Shown: piece after piece, positions 1 through 11,133 of the stretch
Layout: every line of letters starts with the position of its first letter
Position numbering within the stretch: position 1 is the first letter of the stretch
From: a bacterium
GTDB lineage: Bacteria > SAR324 > NAC60-12
Length of the DNA: 64,000 nucleotides
NCBI GenBank assembly: GCA_965205865.1
Contig: CBDBHR010000028.1
Coordinates: forward strand, 320,001-384,000
Direction: 5' to 3'
The notes under the pieces: generated by a model
What the model saw: only the letters and a program-made list of their open reading frames with translations
What the model was told of the DNA's origin: nothing
Database searches by the model: none
Translations under genes and position numbers: made by a program

Positions 1-69
1 ATGCTTTCGGGAATCAAAGCAGGTTTTAAAGCAATCCTTAATTTTGAACATGCAATCGAAAGGAAAAAG

Positions 70-1842
70 ATGAATAATCTAAAATGTAAATCAACCTTCA
101 GTGCAACCCTGCTGGCCCTCTTCCTGATGGTGGCCGCATTTTGGGTCAGTTCAGCCGTCGCGGCTGAGAAAAAGATGGTCAAAGATCCCACCACTGGTAA
201 AATGGTGAGTGCACCTGAGTATGGCGGGACACTGACCCATAGGACGGCTTTCAATTATACTGGGAGTCTTGACACTATAAATTATCATGTAGTGGGATTT
301 ATTCTCAGTGGCGTTTTAGAGAAGCTGACCATCGCGGACTGGGCAATCGATAGAGACGAATATCCTTTTGTGGGCGGCTACCAGTTGCCTCTATACGCCA
401 TGACGGGGGCGCTGGCTGAAAGCTGGGAAACGCCCGACCCACTGACTTACATCTTCCACATCCGCAAGGGCGTTCACTGGCATAACAAGGCACCTATGTT
501 CGGTCGGGAGCTGACTGCCAAGGATATCGAATATAACTATCACCGCGTATTGGGTCTGGGCAGCGGCTTCACCGAACCGAGTATAGCCCCAGGTCAGTTC
601 CAAACCCTGCCATTCGAGTCGATAACAGCCACCGACAATTGGACAGTGGTTTTTAAGATGAAAAAGCCATACCTTTCTGCCCCGATCCATATCCAGGACT
701 CGAATATTTCGTATATATACCCCCCAGAGGTAATCGAGCAATACGGCGGTATGAATGATTGGAGGAACGTGGTCGGTACAGGCCCCTTTGAGCTGACTGA
801 CCGTGTCGAGGGTAGCTCCTGGACCTGGACCAAGAATCCTGATTACTGGGGCCACGACGAAAAATACCCGGAGAACCGTCTGCCTTATATCGACGAGCTT
901 AGGATGCTGATCATACCCGAGGAAGCAGCAGCTGTGGCGGCAATACGCTCCGGTAAGATTGACTTCATGGGCTGGCAGGGCTTCTCCCCAGTAAGAAATA
1001 TCGATTTGAAAGAGAGACTCAAGCAGACAAATCCCGAGCTTGTGATATACCCATGGGCGGAACGGTCGGAAAATAGTTTTGCTCTCAACACGAGTAGGCC
1101 GCCCTTTGACGACGTCAGGGTGCGAAAGGCCATGCAGATGGCACTGGACCTCGAGACAGTGAACGAGACCTTCCTTAAGGGTTTAGGAGACCCAATACCC
1201 AAGGGGACGGTAGGATTGCCAGGGTATTTCATCCCGTATGACGAGTGGCCTCAGCAAGTCAAGGATGGTTTTGCTTATAACCCTGAAGGTGCCAAAGCGT
1301 TGCTTGATGCGGCTGGATTAACTCGCGGCGCGGACGGAATTAGATTCACGGTCACGCTTCACTACAGCGGGGATGTGAGCTATAAAGAATTGGCCCAAGC
1401 ATACTGGAGTGATATTGGCGTCGATGTGAAGTTGAAGATGACTACAGGTACCGAACACCATGCTCTTGTTAGAGAAAGAAGTCATGACATGATTTCTACG
1501 GTATTGGGTATTAAGGCTGATCCATTTTATACTGTAAGTTTCGCTCACTCGGAAGACGTCGATAACAAACCTGCAGTCAATGACCCGGTGTATGACGCCA
1601 TGTACGAGGCAGCCGAGAACGCCACCTCCTTTGAGCAGCTGAAGGAGATGATAAAAGAGATGGATATGTACTCGATAGAGAGGTTCTGGCGAATATGGGG
1701 TCCTGAGGCCCCACTGTTTACTGTGACCCAGCCATGGGTCACAGGGTATGGCGGCGAAGGTGGTATGGGAGGACTGCAAGTGCAAACTATTTTCGCCCGC
1801 CTCTGGATTGATAGTGAGATGAAGAAAGAAATGGGTCATTAG
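70..1842 (+). CDS. ABC transporter substrate-binding protein, family 5 (peptide/nickel-type)
   Basis: Signal peptide; LAESW, GTGPF and PPFDDVRVRKAM motifs. ATG at 70 follows an AGGA RBS, although the frame is open from position 1. Paralog of the genes at 40507 and 58354. Confidence 0.9.
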   Translation: MNNLKCKSTFSATLLALFLMVAAFWVSSAVAAEKKMVKDPTTGKMVSAPEYGGTLTHRTAFNYTGSLDTINYHVVGFILSGVLEKLTIADWAIDRDEYPFVGGYQLPLYAMTGALAESWETPDPLTYIFHIRKGVHWHNKAPMFGRELTAKDIEYNYHRVLGLGSGFTEPSIAPGQFQTLPFESITATDNWTVVFKMKKPYLSAPIHIQDSNISYIYPPEVIEQYGGMNDWRNVVGTGPFELTDRVEGSSWTWTKNPDYWGHDEKYPENRLPYIDELRMLIIPEEAAAVAAIRSGKIDFMGWQGFSPVRNIDLKERLKQTNPELVIYPWAERSENSFALNTSRPPFDDVRVRKAMQMALDLETVNETFLKGLGDPIPKGTVGLPGYFIPYDEWPQQVKDGFAYNPEGAKALLDAAGLTRGADGIRFTVTLHYSGDVSYKELAQAYWSDIGVDVKLKMTTGTEHHALVRERSHDMISTVLGIKADPFYTVSFAHSEDVDNKPAVNDPVYDAMYEAAENATSFEQLKEMIKEMDMYSIERFWRIWGPEAPLFTVTQPWVTGYGGEGGMGGLQVQTIFARLWIDSEMKKEMGH

Positions 1843-1960
1843 GCGTTTCACCCCTTCTGGCTTAGCTCAGGGAAAAAGGGGGTCGGGGGGTCCTTGGCGC
1901 GGGAGCTCAAGCTTCCCAGCTCCCATACTCCTCAACTAATGAGAGGAGCGCTTTCTCACT

Positions 1961-2039
1961 GTCATTCCGGGCGGAGACCCGGAATCCAGGAAACGCAACC
2001 ATTTGAAATTTCGCTGGATTCCGCCTTTCGGCGGAATGA
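1961..2039. repeat. REP-like double hairpin (GTCATTCCG...GGAATCCAG / CTGGATTCC...CGGAATGA)
   Basis: Inverted arms are visible; the right arm is cut by a GTGCG intron start at 2040. Confidence 0.7.
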
Positions 2040-2270
2040 GTGCGCCTGGGAAGGCGCTTAACCAGCACGGTGGAAATCCGTGCCATGGTAAACCACAGCC
2101 ATGTAGACGAAGGTAACTGCGTCGCCATGAGGCGGGGTGGAGAGCAACCGGAGGCGAAATGGTGGTCCGTAGGATAACGAACCCGATTCGGCGGCATGTT
2201 TGCGACGAGCTTGCTCATTCGTGGCGAAGTCTGAAACTCACTGATCCCGTTGCGGTGGTGGATAAAACGA
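2040..2270 (+). ncRNA. Group II intron family D, 5' fragment (partial domain 1)
   Basis: Starts GTGCG right after a hairpin. Shares D1-like motifs (ACGAACC, GAGCTTGC..TGGCGAA) with the intron at 6612. No matching D5/D6 downstream. Confidence 0.6.
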
Positions 2271-3040
2271 GGGTCAGGCCGTGCGCCAGGAAAGCTGGCA
2301 AGAAATAGAGAGTGAAAGTCTCTTACTCGGTAAGGCAGTAACGACCCGCCGAGTCCCCGAGTCATGAGTGGTTATTCGCAAGGATAGGCGCTAAGCGTTG
2401 ACAGGGGAGAACATAGGCTCGGTATTGAGCTCCGAAATCATAGTTTCAGGTGCTGACCTTGTAGTCTGGTGGGGAAGGCAACATCAACCGAAGGCGTTAG
2501 CGTGAGTCCCGGTCGAGCCTGGCGGAGTCAAAGACCCGGTGCATGTGTGGAAGTTTCTTGATCGGAACCTGGGAGATCCTGAAGACGACTGTCAACATTC
2601 TATTGGTAGTCGGATCGGGAAAATTAATAAATAACCCCGATATCTACGTCTTCAGGAAGTCGGACAAGTTCGTAGTAGCGATGAAGCGGCGAACAATGAG
2701 ATCATTTGTAGAGAGTAATAATGCAAAGGAAATCAACGGAGCCTGTGGAGCAAAGGGACTTGGCTGAGAGGAATTCTGCTTGCCCTCCTGTGTTCGGAAC
2801 TCAGAGGCCGGTAAAATCAGAGAGCGGTTTAAGCAGGGTGCGCCAAACGGCAACGTCTGAGCGTCTGACTCGAAGCAGGAGCCGGATGCGTTAGCAGCGC
2901 ATGTCCGGATCTGTACCGGAGGAATGACGAAAGGTGGCTGGAAACCACTATAAGTCAGTTCTTTACGGTGACTTTGATTAAATGAAAAGGGAGCAAAAAA
3001 ACTAGACTCGTTCCTAATCAAACAATCAAAGGCCTGACCC
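2271..3040. repeat. ~78-bp palindromic element (17-bp IR GGGTCAGGCCTTTGATT / AATCAAAGGCCTGACCC) split by intron A
   Basis: Removing 2281-2972 restores a perfect 17-bp inverted repeat. The same element flanks copies 2-4. Confidence 0.85.
2281..2972 (+). ncRNA. ORF-less group II intron family A, copy 1
   Basis: GTGCG 5' end; D3-like AAGTCGGAC..GTAGTA..GAAG; D5 GAGCCGGATGCG..CGCATGTCCGG; ends GGTGAC. The 3' boundary is confirmed by the different flank of copy 5. Confidence 0.9.
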
Positions 3041-3337
3041 TGTTTCAAATCCCATCCATTGCCCTCTGCGCGTATTGGATTGCCGATCTTTCCTCACGTC
3101 CTCGGCCATACAAAGAATACGGTTTGCACTTCCCTTGAGGACGTCTTCATAATCTCGTAACATGTATGAAGACGGAATAGGACCAGAATATGAAACCTCC
3201 TTGATAACCCGAACAATATCACTACGAAATTCCTCAGGCAAAGAGTCGACGACTTTTTGTTGTGTCAAACTCAGTTTTTTTTCAGGAAAGTTATTACTCT
3301 GTGGTGTTTTCTCGTGTTTTTTTGAATTGCTCATCAT
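3026..3337 (-). pseudogene. DUF2335-like membrane protein, 3'-truncated
   Basis: YSGPIP..L..YE....GSANRI..MAE motif; runs into the palindrome after RRGQWMGF, before the expected transmembrane helices. Confidence 0.7.
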
Positions 3338-3736
3338 ATTTATGGATTGCTGTAAACATGTCTTTTCCTACTTGACCCCAAACATCAGATATATCTTCTT
3401 CCTTGGAAGCCGGGAAATAATTATTTATCTCAATAGCATTAAATCCCTCTACAGCCATTTAAGAATCCGGCCCAGAATGCATCCGGTGTATAACTAGATA
3501 ATTTTGCGCGATCCCATTTTATTTTTTCCATAACATCATCTCCAAGATTATTAATCTCCCTATTATATTATGAATAATTCAAGATCATGATTATACAATA
3601 TTTGTCAACAACGCAAAAGTTATGCCATCACATATTAGTGTAATGAATGCGAGAATAAATGTATTAATATTTAAATCCATTTTCATTAAAAAGCTTGAGG
3701 ATATTTACACTCCACACCCTCAAGCCTATTCATTAA

Positions 3737-4153
3737 TCAATCACACCAGGATTCTCGTTTACCACCATCATATTTTCTAGTATAGTCATTTTCCAATAAA
3801 ATATCGGAGAGGTTCTCACCATCAAGAAAAACATCACAGACCAAGCGAAAATATTTACCACGTTCGCAGTCTTTCAAATCGATCTTTGTTGCTTGAGAAT
3901 GTAATTCTTCGACAAAGTCCCTGACTTGTTTCGCACGTGATTTTTCAATATCACACTTTCCTCGTATTTCAGGAGTATCAATTCCCCTGATGCGGACACT
4001 GATTTTATCTCCAAAAATTGCAAGAATATTTGCAATACTATATGTACAAGTATCTCCATCATAACATCGGTGCCATCGAACGTCGTAAAAATCCGCGGCA
4101 TCAACCATTAATGGAAATGGAAGTGCTAGTAAAAATAAAAGGAACATTCTCAT
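3737..4153 (-). CDS. Secreted thermonuclease (SNase family)
   Basis: Signal peptide; YDGDT, RIRGIDTPE and GKYFRL motifs. Confidence 0.9.
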   Translation of the reverse strand: MRMFLLFLLALPFPLMVDAADFYDVRWHRCYDGDTCTYSIANILAIFGDKISVRIRGIDTPEIRGKCDIEKSRAKQVRDFVEELHSQATKIDLKDCERGKYFRLVCDVFLDGENLSDILLENDYTRKYDGGKRESWCD

Positions 4154-4330
4154 AACACATCTTTGATTGGGGTTGCAATTTCGACGCGCTTCTTCCGAAG
4201 GGCGTCGGGTTATTGCAACATGACCTAATCATAGGCGAAATGTCCCGATTATTTGTCCGAACCAAAGTGGCCAAACTTCAGTTCGAAATTGGACTTTTCT
4301 ATTCATCAGGTAACCCGACAAACTGACTAA

Positions 4331-5256
4331 GAACTTATCCTTTAATAACTTGAAAATTGGTATTTCCTGCATTATTTTTGTCATCATGTTCAACCATAAA
4401 CGCATGGAGGCTATATGGCAAAAGTACAGTCGTGGGAAGTATCTGATTCATTTTGGGCCAGAGTGGAGCCACTGATACCAAAACCCAAACGTGACCCGAA
4501 CAAGACCTACAAGCGCAAACCCGGTGGTGGTAGAAAGCCAATGCCTGCGCGCCAAATTTTCGAGGGAATTGTATATGTTTTGCGCACCGGTTGTCAATGG
4601 AGAGCCCTTCCCAAGGAAAAATATGGGAGTCCTAGTGCCATCCATGCTCATTTCATGCGTTGGAATGAAGCGGGTTTCTTTTTGTCGCTTTGGCAAGCCG
4701 GACTTGCCGAATATGATGAGATGGAAGGGATCTCCTGGAAATGGCAAAGCATAGACGGCACGACTGTCAAAGCCCCACTGGCTCAGGAAACCGTTGGTCG
4801 AAACCCGACTGACAGGGGAAAAAAAAGGGAGCAAGCGTCATTTGCTGGTTGACGGCCGTGGTGTCCCGCTGTCCCTCGTCGTAACCGGGGCGAACCGGCA
4901 TGATGTGACACAGTTGGAATTGGTCTTGGAGGAAATCGTCATTGCGCGGCCTGAGGGCATTGAACAACACCTGTGCGCAGACAAAGGCTACCACGGTGAG
5001 CCAGCATCACAGATCATTCGATCCAATGATTATGTGCCACATGTGAAAAAACGGGGTGAAGAGATTCAAGAAAAAAAAGCAAATCCCCAATACAGACCCA
5101 GAAGATGGGTCGTCGAGGTGAGCCATTCATGGTTCAACAGATTTCGCAAGATAATGGTCCGATTCGAAAAATATAATCAAACTTATCTCGCACTGCTTCA
5201 ATTGGCTGCAGCTATCATAACTTACAGGAAAGTTAATGTTATTTAAGGATAAGTTC
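4331..5256 (+). mobile_element. IS5-family insertion sequence
   Basis: IRs GAACTTATCCTTTAATAAC / GTTATTTAAGGATAAGTTC, flanked by TAA on both sides. Confidence 0.9.
4415..5246 (+). CDS. IS5-family transposase in two frames (probable frameshift at GGGGAAAAAAAAGGG ~4815-4829)
   Basis: YVLRTGCQW, IDGTTVKAP, KRHLLVD, ADKGY and RWVVE motifs spread over ORFs 4415-4852 and 4794-5246. Confidence 0.88.
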
Positions 5257-5393
5257 TAAGTCATATTGCAATTTTAAACCTATGTTACGGACAGAGAGTG
5301 TCAAGGGATTATCTTCAGCAGGATACTAGAAGATATTCTGTAGGGATTCAGGTCTCTCCTACTGCGACCCATGCATTCCATTGAGCATTGTAA

Positions 5394-5627
5394 AGAGACT
5401 TGGGAATCACAAAAAAATCAGCTTGGCATCTTGCCCATCGACTCCGGAAGACGTGGCAGGAAGATCAAGCGTTGTTCAAAGGGCCAGTTGAAGTGGATGA
5501 ATCCTAAATTTGCGGCAAAGAAAAGAATAAGCATGCTTCCAAGAAATTGAAGAAAGGACGCGGCCCTGTTGGTAAAAGTGCCGTCGCGGGCATCAAAGAC
5601 CGGAGTACCAACAAAGTGACAGCCTAA
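5394..5627 (+). pseudogene. IS1595-family transposase fragment
   Basis: Manual translation RDLGITKKSAWHLAHRLR..GPVEVDES*ICGKEKNKHASKK..GRGPVGK, with an internal stop. Confidence 0.8.
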
Positions 5628-5680
5628 AAAACAGAAAGTTTATTGTTTGAAATTATTTATTTTTTGAAGGAGGATTTGAA

Positions 5681-6082
5681 ATGGATTTAAGGAAAATATG
5701 TCAAAAATTGTATCTCATAATTTTTTTTTCGCTCATATTTATTTATCCGGTTTATTCTAATGAGGGGTTTATCGATTATAAAAATGAAATAACTGAATTT
5801 TCTGTTGTTGTCACTGAAGAATCAGAATTTATTGAATTTCATGTTGAAAATGACAGTTATTTTATCAAACTGCCAATCTCTGAATTGAGAAAGACAGAAC
5901 TCACATTGAGTGAAAATGGAATATCTGATGAGAACTTATCGAAAGTTGTGGAATATATCCTGATACAAACCTTCGACTCGGTTCGTGAGGAGTCATGGGT
6001 GGGAGTCAATGATACCGAACGCTTTCAGTTTCATGTTGGTTATTTCATAGAATATGAAATACAAGGTAGGAAAGGAAATTAG
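5681..6082 (+). CDS. Hypothetical exported protein
   Basis: AAGGAGG RBS and a hydrophobic N-terminus. The frame stays open past the TAG up to the palindrome at ~6207. Confidence 0.55.
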   Translation: MDLRKICQKLYLIIFFSLIFIYPVYSNEGFIDYKNEITEFSVVVTEESEFIEFHVENDSYFIKLPISELRKTELTLSENGISDENLSKVVEYILIQTFDSVREESWVGVNDTERFQFHVGYFIEYEIQGRKGN

Positions 6083-6611
6083 AGGATTCAATTCATTGAA
6101 GCTTACACGAATGCGATTCTGATTGAGGATCATTCAATTGATAATTACGGAAATTTTGTTACGACTCCAGAAAAAAAGAGTCGTTATGATGCAAAATTAA
6201 AGAAAGGGAGTCAGGCCGTGCGCCAGGAAAGCTGGCAAGAAATAGAGAGTGAAAGTCTCTTACTCGGTAAGGCAGTAACGACCCGCCGAGTCCCCGAGTC
6301 ATGAGTGGTTATTCGCAAGGATAGGCGCTAAGCGTTGACAGGGGAGAACATAGGCTCGGTATTGAGCTCCGAAATCATAGTTTCAGGCGCTGACCTTGTG
6401 GTCTGGTGGGGAAGGCAATATCAACCGAAGGCGTTAGCGTGAGTCCCGGCTGAGCCTGGCGGAGTCAAAGACCCGGTGCATGTGTGGAAGTTTCTTGATC
6501 GGAACCTGGGAGATCCTGAAGACGACTGTCAACATTCTATTGGTAGTCGGATCGGGAAAATTAATAAATAACCCCGATATCTACGTCTTCAGGAAGTCGG
6601 ACGAGTTCGTA

Positions 6612-7516
6612 GTGCGCACTGGGCAGCGCATGATTCAGGTGGGTTCAAGTTCCACTCAGCCTGAGATCCCAGGCTGATATCCAAAAGCGGGGGTAATGCC
6701 TCGCTGGCCGGAATGTTTACCAGGGCGCCATCCTGGGCGCTTTAAGCACAATGGGAGGTCGAAAGGGCCAAATGCACCGAAGTGAACTTCCGGAGGACAG
6801 GGTGTCCACCGTGAGGTGGAATCTGAAGGGTTTGCGGAGAATCACCGGGTCGTAGTCAAGGAGGCTACTCCAGAGACGAACCGGTCGGCCAACAGCAGGG
6901 AATGGTTGAGCTTGCACTATGATGGCGAAAGCAGTTGGATTCCCCCCTGCAATACCAAGGTGTGTGCGGACGACACGGTGAGGAAGAATCATGAGTGACC
7001 CCAGGAGGACTCAGGGCGTTCTTAGGTGGCACTAGGATAAGGGACCCTATAAGCGAAAGCGAAGTGGAAACCGAAGCGTGTTGAGTAGTCGGACCATCGA
7101 ATAGTACCTGAAGCGTAGTGAGAGCTACGTGACCGAGGGATCGGCAGCAGAGTGAGCTGGGGAAGGCGATGGGCAGAGAAGGTTGGAATGAGAAAGGAAG
7201 TCAGATGAGTAAGGACAGTGAGGTGGAAAGTTCGGTAAGTGAAAGACCCAGAACTCATGGCCCGAGGAGACTGGCTGACTGGATCAATCTAACGGGAGCA
7301 AAGAAGGTTCACTCCTTAGTGGACAAGATTTACAAGAAGCTCTCCCCGAAACAAGATTATATGGGGAGTATCGGTTAGTAAATCTGATCTCACTAATTCC
7401 TTCGATTGGTCCCTTCGGCAAACGGACTTCTCTGTGAAAGCCGGATGCGGGAAAACTGCACGTCCGGTTTGGGCGGCGGACGGTGGCTAGCGGAAACGCG
7501 CCTCCTCCGACCCGAC
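6612..7516 (+). ncRNA. Group II intron family B nested in D3 of intron A, IEP internally deleted
   Basis: GTGCG start; D5 AAAGCCGGATGCGGGAAAACTGCACGTCCGGTTT; ends CCCGAC, after which the host intron resumes at AGCGATGAAG. Confidence 0.88.
7205..7437 (+). pseudogene. Intron-encoded RT/maturase remnant (N- and C-termini only)
   Basis: MSKD..KKVHSLVDKIYKK (RT0-like) is joined out of frame to LPETRLYGEYRLVNLISLIPS..*, immediately before D5. Confidence 0.75.
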
Positions 7517-7934
7517 AGCGATGAAGCGGCGAACAATGAGATCATTTGTAGAGAGTAACAACGCAAAGGAAATCAACGGAGCCTGTGGAGCAAAGGGACT
7601 TGGCTGAGAGGAATTCTGCTTGCCTTCCTGTGTTCGGAACTCAGAGGCCGGTAAAATCAGAGAGCGGTTTAAGCAGGGTGCGCCAAACGGCGAATCCGAA
7701 TCAACGTTTGAGCGTCTGACTCGAAGCAGGAGCCGGATGCGTTAGCAGCGCACGTCCGGATCTGTACCGGAGGAATGACGAAAGGTGGCTGGAAACCACT
7801 ATAAGTCAGTTCTTTACGGTGACTTTGATTAAATGAAAAGGGAGCAAAAAAACTAGACTCGTTCTTAATCAAATAATCAAAGGCCTGACCCCCTTCCTCA
7901 TAATTCCTCCTTGGAAATAATTTTACCCAAAGGG

Positions 7935-7963
7935 TTGACAAAGGAGGAAACTTATGAGATAAT
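7935..7963 (+). promoter_or_regulatory. Sigma70-like promoter
   Basis: TTGACA-17 nt-GATAAT. Confidence 0.6.
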
Positions 7964-8014
7964 AGAAATTAGTTAATTATTTACCCGCTCGTCTTTCCCT
8001 TGAGCGTTAAAAGT

Positions 8015-8055
8015 AAACGCTATGAAATCTCCAAATTTCATAGCGTTTTTTATTT
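8015..8055 (+). terminator. Intrinsic terminator
   Basis: AAACGCTATGAAAT / ATTTCATAGCGTTT stem followed by a T-tract. Confidence 0.75.
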
Positions 8056-8189
8056 GTCCGGTCACTCTACAATAAAATACTGAACAATACGAGTCATTTC
8101 TTTATCCTGTTATTCAGCATCTTGTCCTTGTTCAATCGAAGTTGATGCAATCTTAGAGATAGTCAGGCAATGATTACGACCTCTAGCTA

Positions 8190-10059
8190 GACCCTAGCCG
8201 AAAAGGGTTTCGAGAAATAGTAAATGTAACCAATTTGATTCTATTTGATTCTCTATTTGATTCAATATGACGAGAATAACGATTTATTTTGTTTTTTATT
8301 CGCCCACATGAAACAGTTTTTATAGGGAAAAAATCTTTTTTTGGACATACTTTCCTCGCCCCTGCTCATATTTCACACTTCCCCCATTGAATATTCAGGC
8401 CGCTTGTTTGAGTTGTCTTTTTTTCAACTCAATCATTTTGCAAAAATTATAGGTTAAGAGCTTTTTCCAGCAACTCTGCCCGAACGTTTTCAATCCCTCT
8501 GCGCATAACTTGTCCGAAATGGAAACGATGCTTAAGATGAAACATCAACGACTCTGCAGCAGATCTTCCATTTCGTGATTCCAAATAGATTTCACTTTCC
8601 CATTCTTCAATCGGGGTCATCTTTTTTCCCAAACGCCCCACTAATACTAAAAACCTTAACGCCTTTGCCCATCCACTTTTCTCTGATCGCCTGATTGGCA
8701 TATCCATCATCAAGGCTCACTTCAGAGGGAATGGTGATGGTGCATCGCAAATGTTCAACAAGGGCAGGGTCGAGTTGCCCTGAATCAGCAGCATGGCCCT
8801 CCGGAGTAATTAACACGGAAATAAAACCATTTCCGCTCCTTCCTAATTGAGGCTTATATCCGATAAGCGCTTCTCGATCTCTTTTGAATATAAGCCGAGC
8901 TCTGATCGGAAAGACTCAATACTTTCTCAGTCGAAGGAACCTTCTTTTCTTCAAAAACTCTTTGATGACAGTAGATGATTCCGTTGCAAATTAGAAATAT
9001 CTTCATTCATCATTTCAATGAGGCGAATAACGCGTTTTCCGAGAAGGGGGGAGAAGAGCTTTTTGAGGCACGGTAATAAGGACAGTTTGCGATTTCTTTT
9101 AAAAATTTCCCAAAGCGCTATTGAGCTTTCTCAATAGCGGTCATTTGAAATGTTTTTAAAAGCTTCGTTTTACTGTCCTTTTTACCGTGTCTCAAAAGCC
9201 ATCATCCCCCCTTAGAAAAGCTTATTCATCTCCTTGATGAGGAAATCAAAATTTCTTTCACTGATCTCAGCGATTCCAAATGTATCAAGGGAACGCCCTC
9301 GATGGTAGCTTCGCTCCGATCGAGACGAGTCATATTCGAGGGAATCGAGTAGGCCAAGCTGATATTTCCTTTTACAGAGGTGCTATCCAGTTTTTAATAT
9401 CAAAATCGTCCAACTCTTCATCGAGAACCATTCTGAATTCAGAGCAATCGAAAATAAACTGTTGAACTCTCGTTGATGACAGCATTGACCATTATCTGAA
9501 GGAGCCTTGTACTCGATCCCGGCATTGCCAATCCACGGTTGAGCAAAAGCAGATGCAAAGTGTGATTGACTCTGAAAGAATTATTTGGGCCGTTTGGGAT
9601 TTGATACTTCCTAAATGATCCCCGAATCATGATAAAAAGGTAAACTAAAAAAGCCGAATCCGAGGACAGATCTATTTCCAGTCCTGAGTTCTTCGGCTTC
9701 AATTCCTCATCTTCCATTACGGGAAGATGAGGAAGCCATGGATTCCGGGCTTCCTGCCAGTTTATCCTCTAAACGCTCTTTCTTTTTATTTCTTGCGTAT
9801 TTCTCCAAATCCTGTTCAATTTTGTCCAATATCTCCGGCTCTCGCTCAGACAATTGATCAAGTTCTGATAAGAAATTTTCAAATTCTGTATCAGGAGCGC
9901 TTAAAATAAGATGTTTTTCTGCTCGAATGAATGGTTTCATTTTGGGTGCCATAATTCTTAATATTGAAGTTATTCACAGTCATTTCAATGAATTATGGCA
10001 CTTTCAATAACCTCAAGTTTAAAGATATAATTCTAAAAAATACCTTTTCGGCTAGGATC
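8190..10059 (-). mobile_element. DDE IS (ISNCY/IS5-like), degenerate copy
   Basis: IRs GACCCTAGCCGAAAAGG / CCTTTTCGGCTAGGATC with a TAGCTA duplication; the transposase is broken by many indels. Confidence 0.88.
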
Positions 10060-10267
10060 TAGCTAAGTAATCCCGTAGAACTTTATCACAATATCACGCA
10101 ATTTTCTGTGAATTGTTCCCAAGTATTAAGAAAAATGTAGGATCCCAGTCATTTCTTTACGATCTGGCACATATATTGCCTTGTTGACAACTCCTGTATA
10201 ATATTCTGCATTTGTAAACCCTCAAAAGGATAAAATATAAGGATCACAAAAAACTATAAGGGGTGAC

Positions 10268-10429
10268 ATGACAGAAAAAAAAATTACAAAAATTAAAATT
10301 CATAATATGCCATTCGGAGGATTTTGGATTGATCCCAAAGACATCATCTTAAGTGATGAAGGTCAAAAAATAATCAAGCAAATAGCAAAAATATCTATTA
10401 AAAAAACTAAAGATAAATCTGAAGATTAA
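10268..10429 (+). CDS. Small hypothetical protein (53 aa)
   Basis: ORF read manually (MTEKKITKIKIHNMPFGGFWIDPKD...), with an RBS-like AAGGGGTG, ending 5 nt before the next gene. Confidence 0.45.
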   Translation: MTEKKITKIKIHNMPFGGFWIDPKDIILSDEGQKIIKQIAKISIKKTKDKSED

Positions 10430-10434
10430 AACAA

Positions 10435-11133
10435 ATGGGATTCGGATTATTTTTTCTCTCTTTGCTGGGAGGATACATATTCAATAGATGGTGCAAACTA
10501 ACCTCTTACTTCATTTATCGAGATACCGGTTACAATCTACTTTTCAAATCAGCATCAACTGGTGCTATATTAGCAATTATTTCTTACTTCATAATTCAAG
10601 GCTTCAATTTATCTCAATATAATATTTATGAATTAGAAAGAAACTTAGACATACCCAAATATACAATACTCTCTCTTCTATCATTTTTATTAGGACCAAT
10701 TTTATCAACACTCATCAATTCATTGAGTAAAATTAAAGAGATTGAAAAAAAAGCAATCTACAAATCCGAAAATTGGTTAGAAATATTATTCAGAGAATCT
10801 TCTGAAAATGGATTATTAATTGAGGTAACTCTAGAAAACGAGAAAGTATATGTGGGATGGATAATAAAAACTACCGATCCACGATTTAACAGACAATATT
10901 TTCAAATGCAGCTCATCTTAAGTGGATACCGAAACGATGAACTCAAAATAGAATTCACCACCAATTATGCGAGTGTCTACAACAAATTAAATAAGTTGAT
11001 AGAAGAACAAAAAATACAAATCAATGAACAAATTCCAGACTTTAAAATAATTATCTCTATCTCATCCTTAAGAAGCGCCAGACCGTTCAACTACGAAATA
11101 TACGAATTATTTGAAAATTTACATAATGAATAA
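10435..11133 (+). CDS. Hypothetical membrane protein
   Basis: 232-aa AT-rich ORF with three hydrophobic segments, then a VTLENEKVYVGWI beta-rich domain. Confidence 0.7.
   Translation: MGFGLFFLSLLGGYIFNRWCKLTSYFIYRDTGYNLLFKSASTGAILAIISYFIIQGFNLSQYNIYELERNLDIPKYTILSLLSFLLGPILSTLINSLSKIKEIEKKAIYKSENWLEILFRESSENGLLIEVTLENEKVYVGWIIKTTDPRFNRQYFQMQLILSGYRNDELKIEFTTNYASVYNKLNKLIEEQKIQINEQIPDFKIIISISSLRSARPFNYEIYELFENLHNE

Larger units (their letters stand above)
6218..7823 (+). ncRNA. ORF-less group II intron family A, copy 2 (outer intron of a twintron)
   Basis: Near-identical to 2281-2972 apart from the insert at 6612-7516. Flanks are GGAGTCAGGCC| and |TTTGATT...AAAGGCCTGACCCC (to ~7892). Confidence 0.9.

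Noticed and set aside
2516-2521. AGCCTG as EBS1 pairing with the exon CAGGCT
   Set aside because: It is complementary, but appears partly paired in a local stem and mismatches CAGGCC sites. It cannot be assigned without folding.
2543-2767. Repeated 74-aa ORF MCGSFLIGTWEIL (also at 6480, 13789, 21033) and antisense ORFs such as 1907-2365
   Set aside because: They lie within intron RNA domains, recur only because the intron recurs, and are broken in copies 2 and 5.
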